From an uncultured Bacillota bacterium (GTDB taxonomy: Bacteria; Bacillota_I; Bacilli_A; ML615J-28; CAG-313), in assembly GCA_946611195.1 (NCBI GenBank), contig CAMODB010000005.1, positions 1 to 55,737 of the forward strand: DNA of 55,737 nucleotides, given 5' to 3'. Of the stretch, positions 18,598-27,298 are shown piece after piece (positions within the stretch are counted from its first letter, which is position 1; each line of letters begins with the position of its first letter). The position numbers and the translations under genes are program-made. Under the pieces are notes generated by a model, which did no database searches, had not been told where the DNA came from, and was given only the letters and a program-made list of their open reading frames with translations.

Positions 18598-19896
18598 TTA
18601 TTTATAATATTTATCAATATCGGCAACTAAAGCCCGATAGAAGACATCACCAATTTGGAGATATCCTTCCATCGTTGGATGAACACCATTAGTTCCGATA
18701 TATTCTTCTGTATTATTTCGATTATTTACTTTAACTAAAGCTTTAGGCATATTATTTTCTACATCAAATTGACCCTTAGTATCAATATAACGACAATAAG
18801 ATTTAAATTCGTTTCTGTTTACTAATTTTTGTAAATATTCAGCATAATTATAAGCTGTTGTTACCTCACCAAAGACATCATGATAAAAACCATGAGCTCC
18901 ATAATTAGCCGCAATACCACCATTAATGGATGGAGATTGAATACCTAATAAACCAATTTTACAATTAGGATAATCATTGTGTATTCTTTCTAGAAGAGAG
19001 ATAATAAAGGGTTCAAAATGAGAAAAATCATCATTATATGCTTTATATTGTCCATTCCAAGTAAGAAGGATATAAACTAAATCAAGATCTGGGTATTGAT
19101 GTTTTTCACAATATTTTTTAAAATTTGGTCCATCTATGGTTTCATCATAAAAAGGATTGCCTTGTTCAAATTCAATCCTTTTAGCAACGATATCTTCTTT
19201 ATGTATACCACCTTCAACATTTTTAAATGTTAAATCCACATTTGGTAGACAAGAATAATTACCGACTCCTCGTTTAAATTTCAATTTATGAGGGGTAATG
19301 GACTCTAAAACCCATTTTAGGTTAGCACTTTCCCAAACACTATGTTGATCATTATCATCAAGATTATGATGTTCTACTTCAAGCCATACACTGGCATTCA
19401 TTGGTACAGCTTCATTTTTAACAAAATGGCGCCATTGCCAACCACCATACCCTTCATAACCAATTTCTTCTTTCTGCATCGAACCTACAAAATTAAGACT
19501 ATCTTTAAAACCTAAACCTTGGGGTTCACCATCATCTTTTGTAAATCGACGATATCCTTCATAAGGCCATACTCCATTAAAAGTTAAAGAATCACCAAAA
19601 CATAAAACATTTAATTTTCTTTTAGGTCTAATAGGATTAACAACATGAAGAATAGTTTCTGCTTTTTCTATTTCATTATGAAAATCATCAAATAAGGTTA
19701 CTTCTAATTTATAATCACCTACTTCATTTTCTTTCGGTGTATAACTAAAATATCTTGGATAAGGATTTCCTTTATCACAATTAATATAGATATAATATTT
19801 ATAAGGATTCATACTTCTAATGATTCCCCGATAAAATAATTCAAAACGATCGCCGACAACTAAATCATATTTATCAGGTAGATAAATTAATTTCAT
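18598..19896 (-). CDS. SGNH/GDSL hydrolase family protein (start reassigned to MKLIYL at 19896)
   Basis: Block I FGDSLT, YEGYGGW, GVHPTMEGY. GGAG SD lies inside the longer ORF, before ATG 19896. Confidence 0.75.
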   Translation of the reverse strand: MKLIYLPDKYDLVVGDRFELFYRGIIRSMNPYKYYIYINCDKGNPYPRYFSYTPKENEVGDYKLEVTLFDDFHNEIEKAETILHVVNPIRPKRKLNVLCFGDSLTFNGVWPYEGYRRFTKDDGEPQGLGFKDSLNFVGSMQKEEIGYEGYGGWQWRHFVKNEAVPMNASVWLEVEHHNLDDNDQHSVWESANLKWVLESITPHKLKFKRGVGNYSCLPNVDLTFKNVEGGIHKEDIVAKRIEFEQGNPFYDETIDGPNFKKYCEKHQYPDLDLVYILLTWNGQYKAYNDDFSHFEPFIISLLERIHNDYPNCKIGLLGIQSPSINGGIAANYGAHGFYHDVFGEVTTAYNYAEYLQKLVNRNEFKSYCRYIDTKGQFDVENNMPKALVKVNNRNNTEEYIGTNGVHPTMEGYLQIGDVFYRALVADIDKYYK

Positions 19897-19988
19897 ATAT
19901 CTTTCTCCATTCATTATTTTCTATCTTATTTATTACTTATAATATACTCTATCATTTATTATTTGTCAAGCAATTATCTTTAAAGAAA

Positions 19989-20023
19989 AATAGATACAAA
20001 AGATAAATTCTTTTGTATCTATT
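19989..20023 (-). terminator. Terminator after the uracil permease
   Basis: 15-bp stem aatagatacaaaaga / tcttttgtatctatt. Confidence 0.8.
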
Positions 20024-20042
20024 GTTATTATTATTCAACCTT

Positions 20043-21488
20043 TTATTCTGGATTATTCTCTTTTTTTACTTCTTCATTTTTATTTTTCTTTTTGATTGAT
20101 AAAATAGCATTTAAGAAAATACCTAAAATCATGGCAACTGCAATACTAGTAATCTTAATAGTTGGATTTAATGGATTACCAAATTGAATAGTTAAGCCAC
20201 CGATACCCGCAATAAGAATAGTTGATGCGACAAAGATATTTTTATTATCTGAAAAATCTACTTTTTCATTGATTAACATCTTAACACCACTTGATGCGAT
20301 AAAGCCATAAAGAACTAAGCTTACACCACCAGTTACACAAGCAGGGATTGTTGACAATAGAGCAGTAACTGGGGTAATGAAACCAATACCAATAGTTAAT
20401 ATTGCGGCTAAGATTATTACTTTAACACTAGCAACTTTAGTTGTTCCTATTACCGCAACATTTTCGCCATATGTTGTATTAGCAGCACCACAAAGAGCTC
20501 CGGAAATAGCGGTAGCTGTACCATCACCAATTAGAGTTCTAACCATACCAGGTTCTTCATTTAATAAATCACGATTAATGATATTACCTAGATTCTTATG
20601 ATCACCAATATGTTCACAAATAGTTACTAAACTTACAGGGATAAATAGTAAAGCTACTTGTCCTAAAGTCTTAATATCAAAATGCGATATTTCATTAAAT
20701 CTTAAAAAGATGAATGATTGTTCATGATTAGGAACAAATAAATTATAATTAAAGATTGACGCAAAACTAAAGTTTTCACCAAATAAATTTGTTAATGGAC
20801 TAAAATCAATAATCTTTAAATAATCAACTTTTGCAACAATTCCAATAATCGTAAAGATGAAGGCAAAGAAATAGCCACCAAGCATACCAACTACGAAAGG
20901 AATTAAACTTACCATTTTACCTTTACCAAAGACACAGGCAAGAGCTGTAATAACTAAAGCAATTAAACCACATAGAATAGCAATTAAATTATAATTTTCA
21001 AGACCGCCACTGGTATTTGATAAATTATTAATTGCTGAACCAGCTAAACTTAGACCAATTACCATAATGATTGGACCAACAACAACTGGTGGTAATAATC
21101 TATTTAACCAATTTGTACCAATAGCTTTAATGATTAACGCAATGATAAGATATACTAATCCAACCATTACCATACCTAAAATTAAAGCTAAATAATTTCG
21201 TCCCTCATAATTGTTTATCAATCCTACACTTAAAGCCGAAGACATAGGTGCAAGATAAGCGAAGGAAGAGCTTAAGAAAACTGGTGATTTTTGTTTTGTT
21301 ACAAAAATATAAAATAATGTACCAATACCTGCAGATATTAAAGTAGCCGCAAGTGGTAAACCAGTAAGAAGGGGAACAGTGATACATGCTACTAGCATCG
21401 CCAGAATGTGTTGGATACTAAATAGTAACCATTCACTTTTCTTCTTAGGAGATTCCTCCACATCTAAAACTAATTGATTGTCATTCAT
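20043..21488 (-). CDS. uraA: Uracil-xanthine permease (NCS2, UraA/PyrP-like)
   Basis: QHILAM, FLSSSFAY, PPVVVGPIIMVIGL, EHIGD, NTTYGENVAV, GFIASSG. Confidence 0.9.
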   Translation of the reverse strand: MNDNQLVLDVEESPKKKSEWLLFSIQHILAMLVACITVPLLTGLPLAATLISAGIGTLFYIFVTKQKSPVFLSSSFAYLAPMSSALSVGLINNYEGRNYLALILGMVMVGLVYLIIALIIKAIGTNWLNRLLPPVVVGPIIMVIGLSLAGSAINNLSNTSGGLENYNLIAILCGLIALVITALACVFGKGKMVSLIPFVVGMLGGYFFAFIFTIIGIVAKVDYLKIIDFSPLTNLFGENFSFASIFNYNLFVPNHEQSFIFLRFNEISHFDIKTLGQVALLFIPVSLVTICEHIGDHKNLGNIINRDLLNEEPGMVRTLIGDGTATAISGALCGAANTTYGENVAVIGTTKVASVKVIILAAILTIGIGFITPVTALLSTIPACVTGGVSLVLYGFIASSGVKMLINEKVDFSDNKNIFVASTILIAGIGGLTIQFGNPLNPTIKITSIAVAMILGIFLNAILSIKKKNKNEEVKKENNPE

Positions 21489-21503
21489 CTTTTTTTACCT
21501 CCT

Positions 21504-21540
21504 CAAAAAAATAGAGAGTGTATGACTAACACTCTCTATT
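21504..21540 (-). terminator. Attenuator terminator in the uraA leader
   Basis: AAUAGAGAGUGU-UAGUCAU-ACACUCUCUAUU followed by a U run, immediately before SD GAGGAGG. Confidence 0.85.
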
Positions 21541-21633
21541 AAAATCAAAAATGAATACGAAAGAATATGCTTCACTAAAAGCATCATTAAGATTAAAGTT
21601 CTTTAATTTGTTAAAGTTCTTTAACTTACTCAT
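21526..21633 (-). CDS. Putative 35-aa leader peptide MSKLKNFNKLKNFNLNDAFSEAYSFVFIFDFNREC
   Basis: AGGAAGGUG SD, ATG at 21633, TAG stop in the terminator loop. -10 TATAAT at 21663-21668. Confidence 0.6.
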   Translation of the reverse strand: MSKLKNFNKLKNFNLNDAFSEAYSFVFIFDFNREC

Positions 21634-21711
21634 AGCGTTTCACACCTTCCTTATTTCAACATATTATACCTTTTTTTTAAAAATAAATCTAGTTGAATAC
21701 ACTTTTATTTT

Positions 21712-23127
21712 TTACATCTTGATAAAGATATAACGTAAGACACCAAGGACGGCAATAATAGTAACTACAATATCTTTCTTTGTATATTTAAATGTTAATA
21801 AAGTAATTAATACATAAGTTATTGCGCCAACCATAATACCATTAGTAATTGAGTATGTCGCAATCATCATGATTAAAGTCATGAAGGCTGTTGCTAAACC
21901 ACGAAGATCAGTGAAATCAATTGAAAGAATATTCTTTAACATTAATACACCAACGTAGATTAGAGCACAAGCAGTTGCACAAGAAGGAATATAAGATACC
22001 ACTGGACCAATGAATAAACATAAGAAGAATAGTACTGCCGTATTAAGAGCAGTTAAACCAGTTCTTCCACCAGCTGCTACACCGGAAGCTGATTCAACGA
22101 AAGTAGTAATTGTTGAAGTACCTGTTAAAGCACCAGTTACAGTACCAATAGAATCTGATAACATTTCTTGTTCAATATTGATTGGGTCACCATTTTCATC
22201 AAGAAGATTAGCTTGTGCTGAAGCACCATAAACAGTACCAATAGTATCAAACATATCTACTAGACAGTAAGTAATAACAAGCATGATTACCGAAATAATT
22301 GAACCAACTGTATTACCATCAAAGACATATTTGAAACCTTTAATACCAGCACCAAGGCCATGATTAAACCAATCTTTAAACATTGTTTGCATATGATTGA
22401 AACTAACATCAGCAATTAAACCTGGAGTCCAGATTGAGAAGATATAATAAGTTGCTGTCGCAATTAAAATACCAAAAATTACTGACCCATTTCTTAAGAA
22501 ACCATGTTTAGAATGAGCAAAAACAATAATAGAAATAAAGCCGACAAAGCAAACAATAGCTGGAGCAGCTAATTTCCATTGTGTTAAGTCAACTAATTCT
22601 ACTAAAGTATATTCATTATTTTCTACTAAACCAGAATTTTGTAGACCTAAGAAAGCAATAAATAAACCAATACCAGCAGGCATGGCTGCTTTCAAACAAC
22701 TAGGTAACGAAACCGCTATATATTTTCTTGCCCCTGTAACAGATAGAATCAAGAAAATAATACCAGACATTAAGATTATCGCAAGACCTGCTTGATATCC
22801 TGCTTCCATATTTAACGCAATATTTGGAAGAATAAAGGATACAAAGAAGAATGAATTAAGTCCCATACCAGCGGCTAACGCAAAAGGTTTATTAGCGATA
22901 AAGGCCATACATAGTGTTGCTATGACAGCCGCTATAATACCACCTATATAGGCAGCATTAAATAGTTCACGTTGAATACCATCAGCGGAGCCACCGATCA
23001 TTGATTGAGGATTTACAACTACAATGTAACACATTGCGAAGAATGTTGTAATACCGGCAATCAACTCAGTTTTAATAGTTGTTTGATTTTCTTCAATTTT
23101 GAAGACCCGATTAAAAAAATTTTTCAT
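21712..23127 (-). CDS. NCS2/AzgA-type guanine-hypoxanthine permease (PbuG-like)
   Basis: AGITTFFAMCYIVVVNP, GMGLN.FF, DMFDTIGT, FVES.SGVAAGGRTGLT. Purine riboswitch upstream. Confidence 0.92.
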   Translation of the reverse strand: MKNFFNRVFKIEENQTTIKTELIAGITTFFAMCYIVVVNPQSMIGGSADGIQRELFNAAYIGGIIAAVIATLCMAFIANKPFALAAGMGLNSFFFVSFILPNIALNMEAGYQAGLAIILMSGIIFLILSVTGARKYIAVSLPSCLKAAMPAGIGLFIAFLGLQNSGLVENNEYTLVELVDLTQWKLAAPAIVCFVGFISIIVFAHSKHGFLRNGSVIFGILIATATYYIFSIWTPGLIADVSFNHMQTMFKDWFNHGLGAGIKGFKYVFDGNTVGSIISVIMLVITYCLVDMFDTIGTVYGASAQANLLDENGDPINIEQEMLSDSIGTVTGALTGTSTITTFVESASGVAAGGRTGLTALNTAVLFFLCLFIGPVVSYIPSCATACALIYVGVLMLKNILSIDFTDLRGLATAFMTLIMMIATYSITNGIMVGAITYVLITLLTFKYTKKDIVVTIIAVLGVLRYIFIKM

Positions 23128-23187
23128 CTTTTCCTCCCATTATATATTTAAAGTCAATAAATCAGGGATTAAGATACGATAAAAACC

Positions 23188-23215
23188 AAAAAAAGATACG
23201 ATTTCAATCGTATCT
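23188..23215 (-). terminator. Riboswitch expression-platform terminator
   Basis: AGAUACGAU-UGAA-AUCGUAUCU plus U run. The 5' arm AUACGAU is complementary to the aptamer 5' end AUCGUAU (alternative antiterminator). Confidence 0.85.
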
Positions 23216-23255
23216 CCAAAACGAAAAAATAACAACAGTTTTTGTTGTTTGTTTG

Positions 23256-23325
23256 ATCGTAGTCCGGTTTATTTTTATGCCAACCGGGTAGAGACGCTTA
23301 GGGCATTTTACTAAGTATATACGAT
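23256..23325 (-). ncRNA. Purine (guanine-type, C74) riboswitch aptamer, loop variant
   Basis: P1 AUCGU/ACGAU, J1/2 AUA, P2 CUUAG/CUAAG, J2/3 GUCUCUAC, P3 CCGGUU/AACCGG, J3/1 AC. Upstream of a purine permease. Confidence 0.9.
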
Positions 23326-23340
23326 TTATTGGCTTCAATT

Positions 23341-23372
23341 ACATTATATCACTTAATAAAAATATTGTCTAA
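23341..23372 (-). promoter_or_regulatory. Sigma-A-like promoter of the riboswitch leader
   Basis: TAGACA-17 bp-TATAAT with TG extension. Confidence 0.7.
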
Positions 23373-23403
23373 TAATTTAGTATGAAAACCATTACAAAAT
23401 TTA

Positions 23404-23925
23404 TTATTTATATAAGATATAATTATCTTTTCTTGGCTTTCTTTCATTAAATTCTTTATCTTTATAACCTAAGATAAGATTACCTACACCTTTATATTTT
23501 TCATCTAAGCCCCATTCTTTTAAGATTTCTTTACCTTCTAAAGTTTCAAAAGTTTGACGAGCACGATGAATCCAACAACTATCTACGCCCAATGAAGTTG
23601 CTGCTAACATCATATTTCCTAAAGCTAAGGAACCATCTTCAACATAAGTTGGTATTGTTGAATCAGCTAATACGACTACGACGATTGGTGCATTATAAAA
23701 TGGATCATTTTGTGCACCTAAAATAGATGCGTTAATTTTTGCTAAACGATCTCTTAATTCTTTATTTTTTACACATACTAGAACTGGAGATTGAGCATTT
23801 CTACCACATGCCGCAAAAGTTCCGGCTTCAAGTATTTGTTGTAATGTTTCATCATCTACTTTTTTATTCGAGTAACTTTTAGCACTTCTTCTTTCTTTAA
23901 TAATATCTAAAACTAAATTTGACAT
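23404..23925 (-). CDS. Nitroreductase family protein
   Basis: IKERRSAKSY, NMMLAATSLGVDSCWI. Confidence 0.9.
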   Translation of the reverse strand: MSNLVLDIIKERRSAKSYSNKKVDDETLQQILEAGTFAACGRNAQSPVLVCVKNKELRDRLAKINASILGAQNDPFYNAPIVVVVLADSTIPTYVEDGSLALGNMMLAATSLGVDSCWIHRARQTFETLEGKEILKEWGLDEKYKGVGNLILGYKDKEFNERKPRKDNYILYK

Positions 23926-23934
23926 AATTCCCTC

Positions 23935-24699
23935 CTAGGCTGGATCGACTCTCTTCCAGTCTTTAATATATACTTTTTTAATTTTTGGTTCTTCTTTTTC
24001 CCAATATGCATAATTATCTACGCGTAAAAATTTTGCGTAAGCTGTATCAACATGATCAGTATTCTTTAATTCGACGGCATCTTCTGAATCACTATCATAC
24101 CAGCCTAAGAAACGATAACCTGCTACATGTAATTTAGGAAGTCCTACTTTAGGTAGTGGTGATAAGAATGTTCCTGGGATATGATCTAAGATATATTTAA
24201 TTCTAAAACTATGCCAATGATAAACAGTTTCCGAATTAAAATAGAATAATTTGGTTGTATCAACTAAAGCTGCCCAACTGGAAATAAAGAAATTATCAGC
24301 ATAATTATAAGGATCCATACATGTACAACCTTCATCATTACGCCAATATGCAAAATAAGAAACTAAGAAATGAATGAAATCCACAAATAAATCATTCTTT
24401 AAACAATAACCAATAAAATATTGATCAGTTTCCGTTTCTAAACTACCATTCATTCTTGGTTCTAAAAAATATTTATGGAAAGCAAAGCCCATCGCATAAC
24501 AATCTTTTTGTCCTTCCGCATAGAAGTCCGCAAATTTTAAAAAGTCTTCAGCATCATTAATATTATGTTTCTTTAAATCTTCAATTCCTCCATGAGTAAG
24601 GATAAAATCATAGAAAGCAGTATAAAAACAAACAAATAAATCATGTTTGCTTTCCCAAAAATCTTTACCTAATTCGTGATTAACAAATACGTATTTCAT
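23935..24699 (-). CDS. Hypothetical protein with a C-terminal InlB B-repeat-like segment
   Basis: PKLHVAGYRFLGWYD resembles the Listeria-Bacteroides repeat. No signal peptide. ATGA overlap with the upstream gene. Confidence 0.5.
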   Translation of the reverse strand: MKYVFVNHELGKDFWESKHDLFVCFYTAFYDFILTHGGIEDLKKHNINDAEDFLKFADFYAEGQKDCYAMGFAFHKYFLEPRMNGSLETETDQYFIGYCLKNDLFVDFIHFLVSYFAYWRNDEGCTCMDPYNYADNFFISSWAALVDTTKLFYFNSETVYHWHSFRIKYILDHIPGTFLSPLPKVGLPKLHVAGYRFLGWYDSDSEDAVELKNTDHVDTAYAKFLRVDNYAYWEKEEPKIKKVYIKDWKRVDPA

Positions 24700-25319
24700 T
24701 CTTCTTTTCCTTTCTTTTCTAAATGTCTTTCAATTATTCTAAAGCTATCAAGACCACAAACCGAAATAAGCATTTTCTTATTTATTATATTATAAGTGCG
24801 ACAAAGACAATTTTCTTCTAAATTTATTAGTTTTGGTTTTAGTGGTAAACTTAAACCTTTCTTTTTAATATAAGCTTCTTTGGAACACCATATTTCATAA
24901 AAATATTTTAATTTGTCTTTTTCATTTAATTTTCGATAATAAGCTAATTCTTCTTCATTTAAAACATTATTGATGACTTTTTTATCAATATCTTTTATTT
25001 CTTCAATATCAAGACCAATTTCTTCTTTATTAATTACCAGGGCGACAATACCATTAGAATGAGAGAGAGAAAAATAGATATTTTCTTTTTTAAGATATGG
25101 TTTACCATTTTCATTATAGATTAAGTCATCATTATTTAAATCATATTGATAATCTAAATATAAACTTTCTTTAAGTAAAAGATAAGCTCCCACTAATTCT
25201 TGTTTTTTTCTTAATTCATTTGTCTTGAGAACTTTTTGTTTTCTTTTTTCATCAAGTTCATTAATTAGTTCATCATTTAATTCTAAATTATGAGTATTAA
25301 GTAAATATATTATTGACAT
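24696..25319 (-). CDS. 4'-phosphopantetheinyl transferase (Sfp-like)
   Basis: NENGKPYL, FSLSHS, IGLDIEE, WCSKEAYIK. Confidence 0.92.
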   Translation of the reverse strand: MSIIYLLNTHNLELNDELINELDEKRKQKVLKTNELRKKQELVGAYLLLKESLYLDYQYDLNNDDLIYNENGKPYLKKENIYFSLSHSNGIVALVINKEEIGLDIEEIKDIDKKVINNVLNEEELAYYRKLNEKDKLKYFYEIWCSKEAYIKKKGLSLPLKPKLINLEENCLCRTYNIINKKMLISVCGLDSFRIIERHLEKKGKEE

Positions 25320-25966
25320 TTAATCAATTCCCTAAAATCAACAATATATTGATCAACTAATTTTTGGATTTTGTTTTGATCATTATGTGATTGTTCAAAG
25401 ACGCCAACGGTAATAAAGCCGGCTTGTTTTACGGTTTTAAGAGCGGTATATAAATCTTCGAATACCGCAACATTTTCGGCCCTTAGATTCATCTTCTTAG
25501 CCGCATCAAGATAGATATCTGGATTATCTTTACCTTTTTTATAATTTCTAACTTCTAAAATAAATTGAAAATCATCATAGATGTTATGAACTTCTAAAGC
25601 TTTTTTATAACAATCTTCATCGTTTGCGGTAGCAGCACAGAAAGGTATTGTGTTTTCTTTTAAATATGCAATAAATTCTTTAACACCTGGTTTTAATTTA
25701 ATATGAGAATAATAATCTAGAACACCTTGTTTCCATTCCTTTAAGATGTCTTCTTTTGTTTCTTTTAAATTGAAGCGATTAATTGTATAGGTAGCAGCTT
25801 TATCAAGACCAATATGACCGATAGCTGCACTATAATCATCTGGTTGAACAAGATTTCTTTTTTCAAAGAAAGCTTTATCAATTTCTGACCAAATTGAACA
25901 AGAATCTAATAGTGTTCCATCTAAATCAAATATTATACCGAAAACATCTTTACCATTTATCTTCAT
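25310..25966 (-). CDS. HAD family phosphatase (start reassigned to ATG 25966)
   Basis: FDLDGTLLDS motif I, GKDNPDIY, VFED. AGGTG SD before ATG. Confidence 0.88.
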   Translation of the reverse strand: MKINGKDVFGIIFDLDGTLLDSCSIWSEIDKAFFEKRNLVQPDDYSAAIGHIGLDKAATYTINRFNLKETKEDILKEWKQGVLDYYSHIKLKPGVKEFIAYLKENTIPFCAATANDEDCYKKALEVHNIYDDFQFILEVRNYKKGKDNPDIYLDAAKKMNLRAENVAVFEDLYTALKTVKQAGFITVGVFEQSHNDQNKIQKLVDQYIVDFRELIKCQ

Positions 25967-26023
25967 ACAAAACACCTACCATTTTTTATTATACCACATT
26001 TAATAAAATAATTCATAAAAAAA

Positions 26024-26050
26024 CCATATTAAAGATTTCCTTTAATATGG
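26024..26050 (-). terminator. gap terminator
   Basis: ccatattaaag / ctttaatatgg stem followed by a U run on the minus strand. Confidence 0.75.
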
Positions 26051-26068
26051 CTTCATATTTAATTGTTA

Positions 26069-27142
26069 TTATTTAAGACTTGCAAGATATTTGATAGTCT
26101 TAACCATTTGTGAAGTATATGAGTTTTCATTATCATACCATGCAACAACTTGAACTTCATATAAGTTATCACAAATAGGAGTAACCATAGTTTGTGTTGC
26201 GTCAAATAATGAACCAAATCTCATACCGATTACATCACTTGAAACGATTGGATCTTCATTGTATCCATATGAATCACTAGCTACAGACTTCATATATGCA
26301 TTGATTTCTTCTTTAGTTAAGCCTGCTTTTTCAACTACAGCTGTAAGGATTGTAGTAGAACCTGTAGGAACGGGAACTCTTTGTGCAGAACCAATTAATT
26401 TACCATTAAGTTCAGGGATAACTAAGCCGATAGCTTTTGCAGCACCTGTAGAGTTAGGAACGATATTAGCAGCACCAGCTCTAGCACGACGTAAATCACC
26501 TTTTCTATGAGGTCCATCAAGAATCATTTGGTCACCAGTATAGGCATGAATTGTAGACATGATACCTGATTTGATTGGAGCTAAATCATTTAAAGCTTTA
26601 GCCATAGGTGCTAAACAGTTAGTTGTACAAGAAGCAGCTGAGATGATTGTATCATCTTTAGTTAAATTCTTTTCGTTAACACCAAATACGATTGTAGGAA
26701 GATCATTACCAGCAGGAGCTGAGATAACTACTTTCTTTGCACCAGCATCTAAGTGTGCTTGTGATTTTGCTTTAGAACAATAGAAACCAGTACATTCAAG
26801 AACTACATCAACCTTTAATGCTTTCCATGGTAAGTTTTGAGCTTTAGGTTCTGCATAGATAGTAATTTCTTTACCATCAACTGTGATAGATCCTGGAACT
26901 TTAACTGTCTTTCCATCTTCTTCAAATTCTGGTTCTTTACTTGAAATAGTGTGAAGATTTTCACCAATACGACCAGTATAACCACCTTGAGCTGTATCGT
27001 ATTTTAATAAGTTTGCAAGCATTTTTGGACTAGTTAAGTCGTTGATTGCTACGATTTCGTAACCTGCTGCACCAAACATTTGTCTGAATGCTAAACGACC
27101 AATACGACCAAAACCATTGATTGCTACTTTAACATTTGCCAT
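26069..27142 (-). CDS. gap: Type I glyceraldehyde-3-phosphate dehydrogenase
   Basis: [37 protein letters not shown]. Confidence 0.98.
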   Translation of the reverse strand: MANVKVAINGFGRIGRLAFRQMFGAAGYEIVAINDLTSPKMLANLLKYDTAQGGYTGRIGENLHTISSKEPEFEEDGKTVKVPGSITVDGKEITIYAEPKAQNLPWKALKVDVVLECTGFYCSKAKSQAHLDAGAKKVVISAPAGNDLPTIVFGVNEKNLTKDDTIISAASCTTNCLAPMAKALNDLAPIKSGIMSTIHAYTGDQMILDGPHRKGDLRRARAGAANIVPNSTGAAKAIGLVIPELNGKLIGSAQRVPVPTGSTTILTAVVEKAGLTKEEINAYMKSVASDSYGYNEDPIVSSDVIGMRFGSLFDATQTMVTPICDNLYEVQVVAWYDNENSYTSQMVKTIKYLASLK

Positions 27143-27298
27143 TTTATATTTCCTCCTTTAAATGACTTTCTTTTTTTACCTTATATATTCTACCATTTTT
27201 TAATTTATTATTCAATTATTTTACTAAATCATTACAATGTAAATGGTTTCTAAACTATTTTTTAGTTAAAGAGGGAAAAAAAGTGTATAATTGATTAG

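Noticed and set aside
21490-21660. PyrR-binding attenuator
   Set aside because: CUUUAA is present but the ARUCCNGNGAGGYU core is not.
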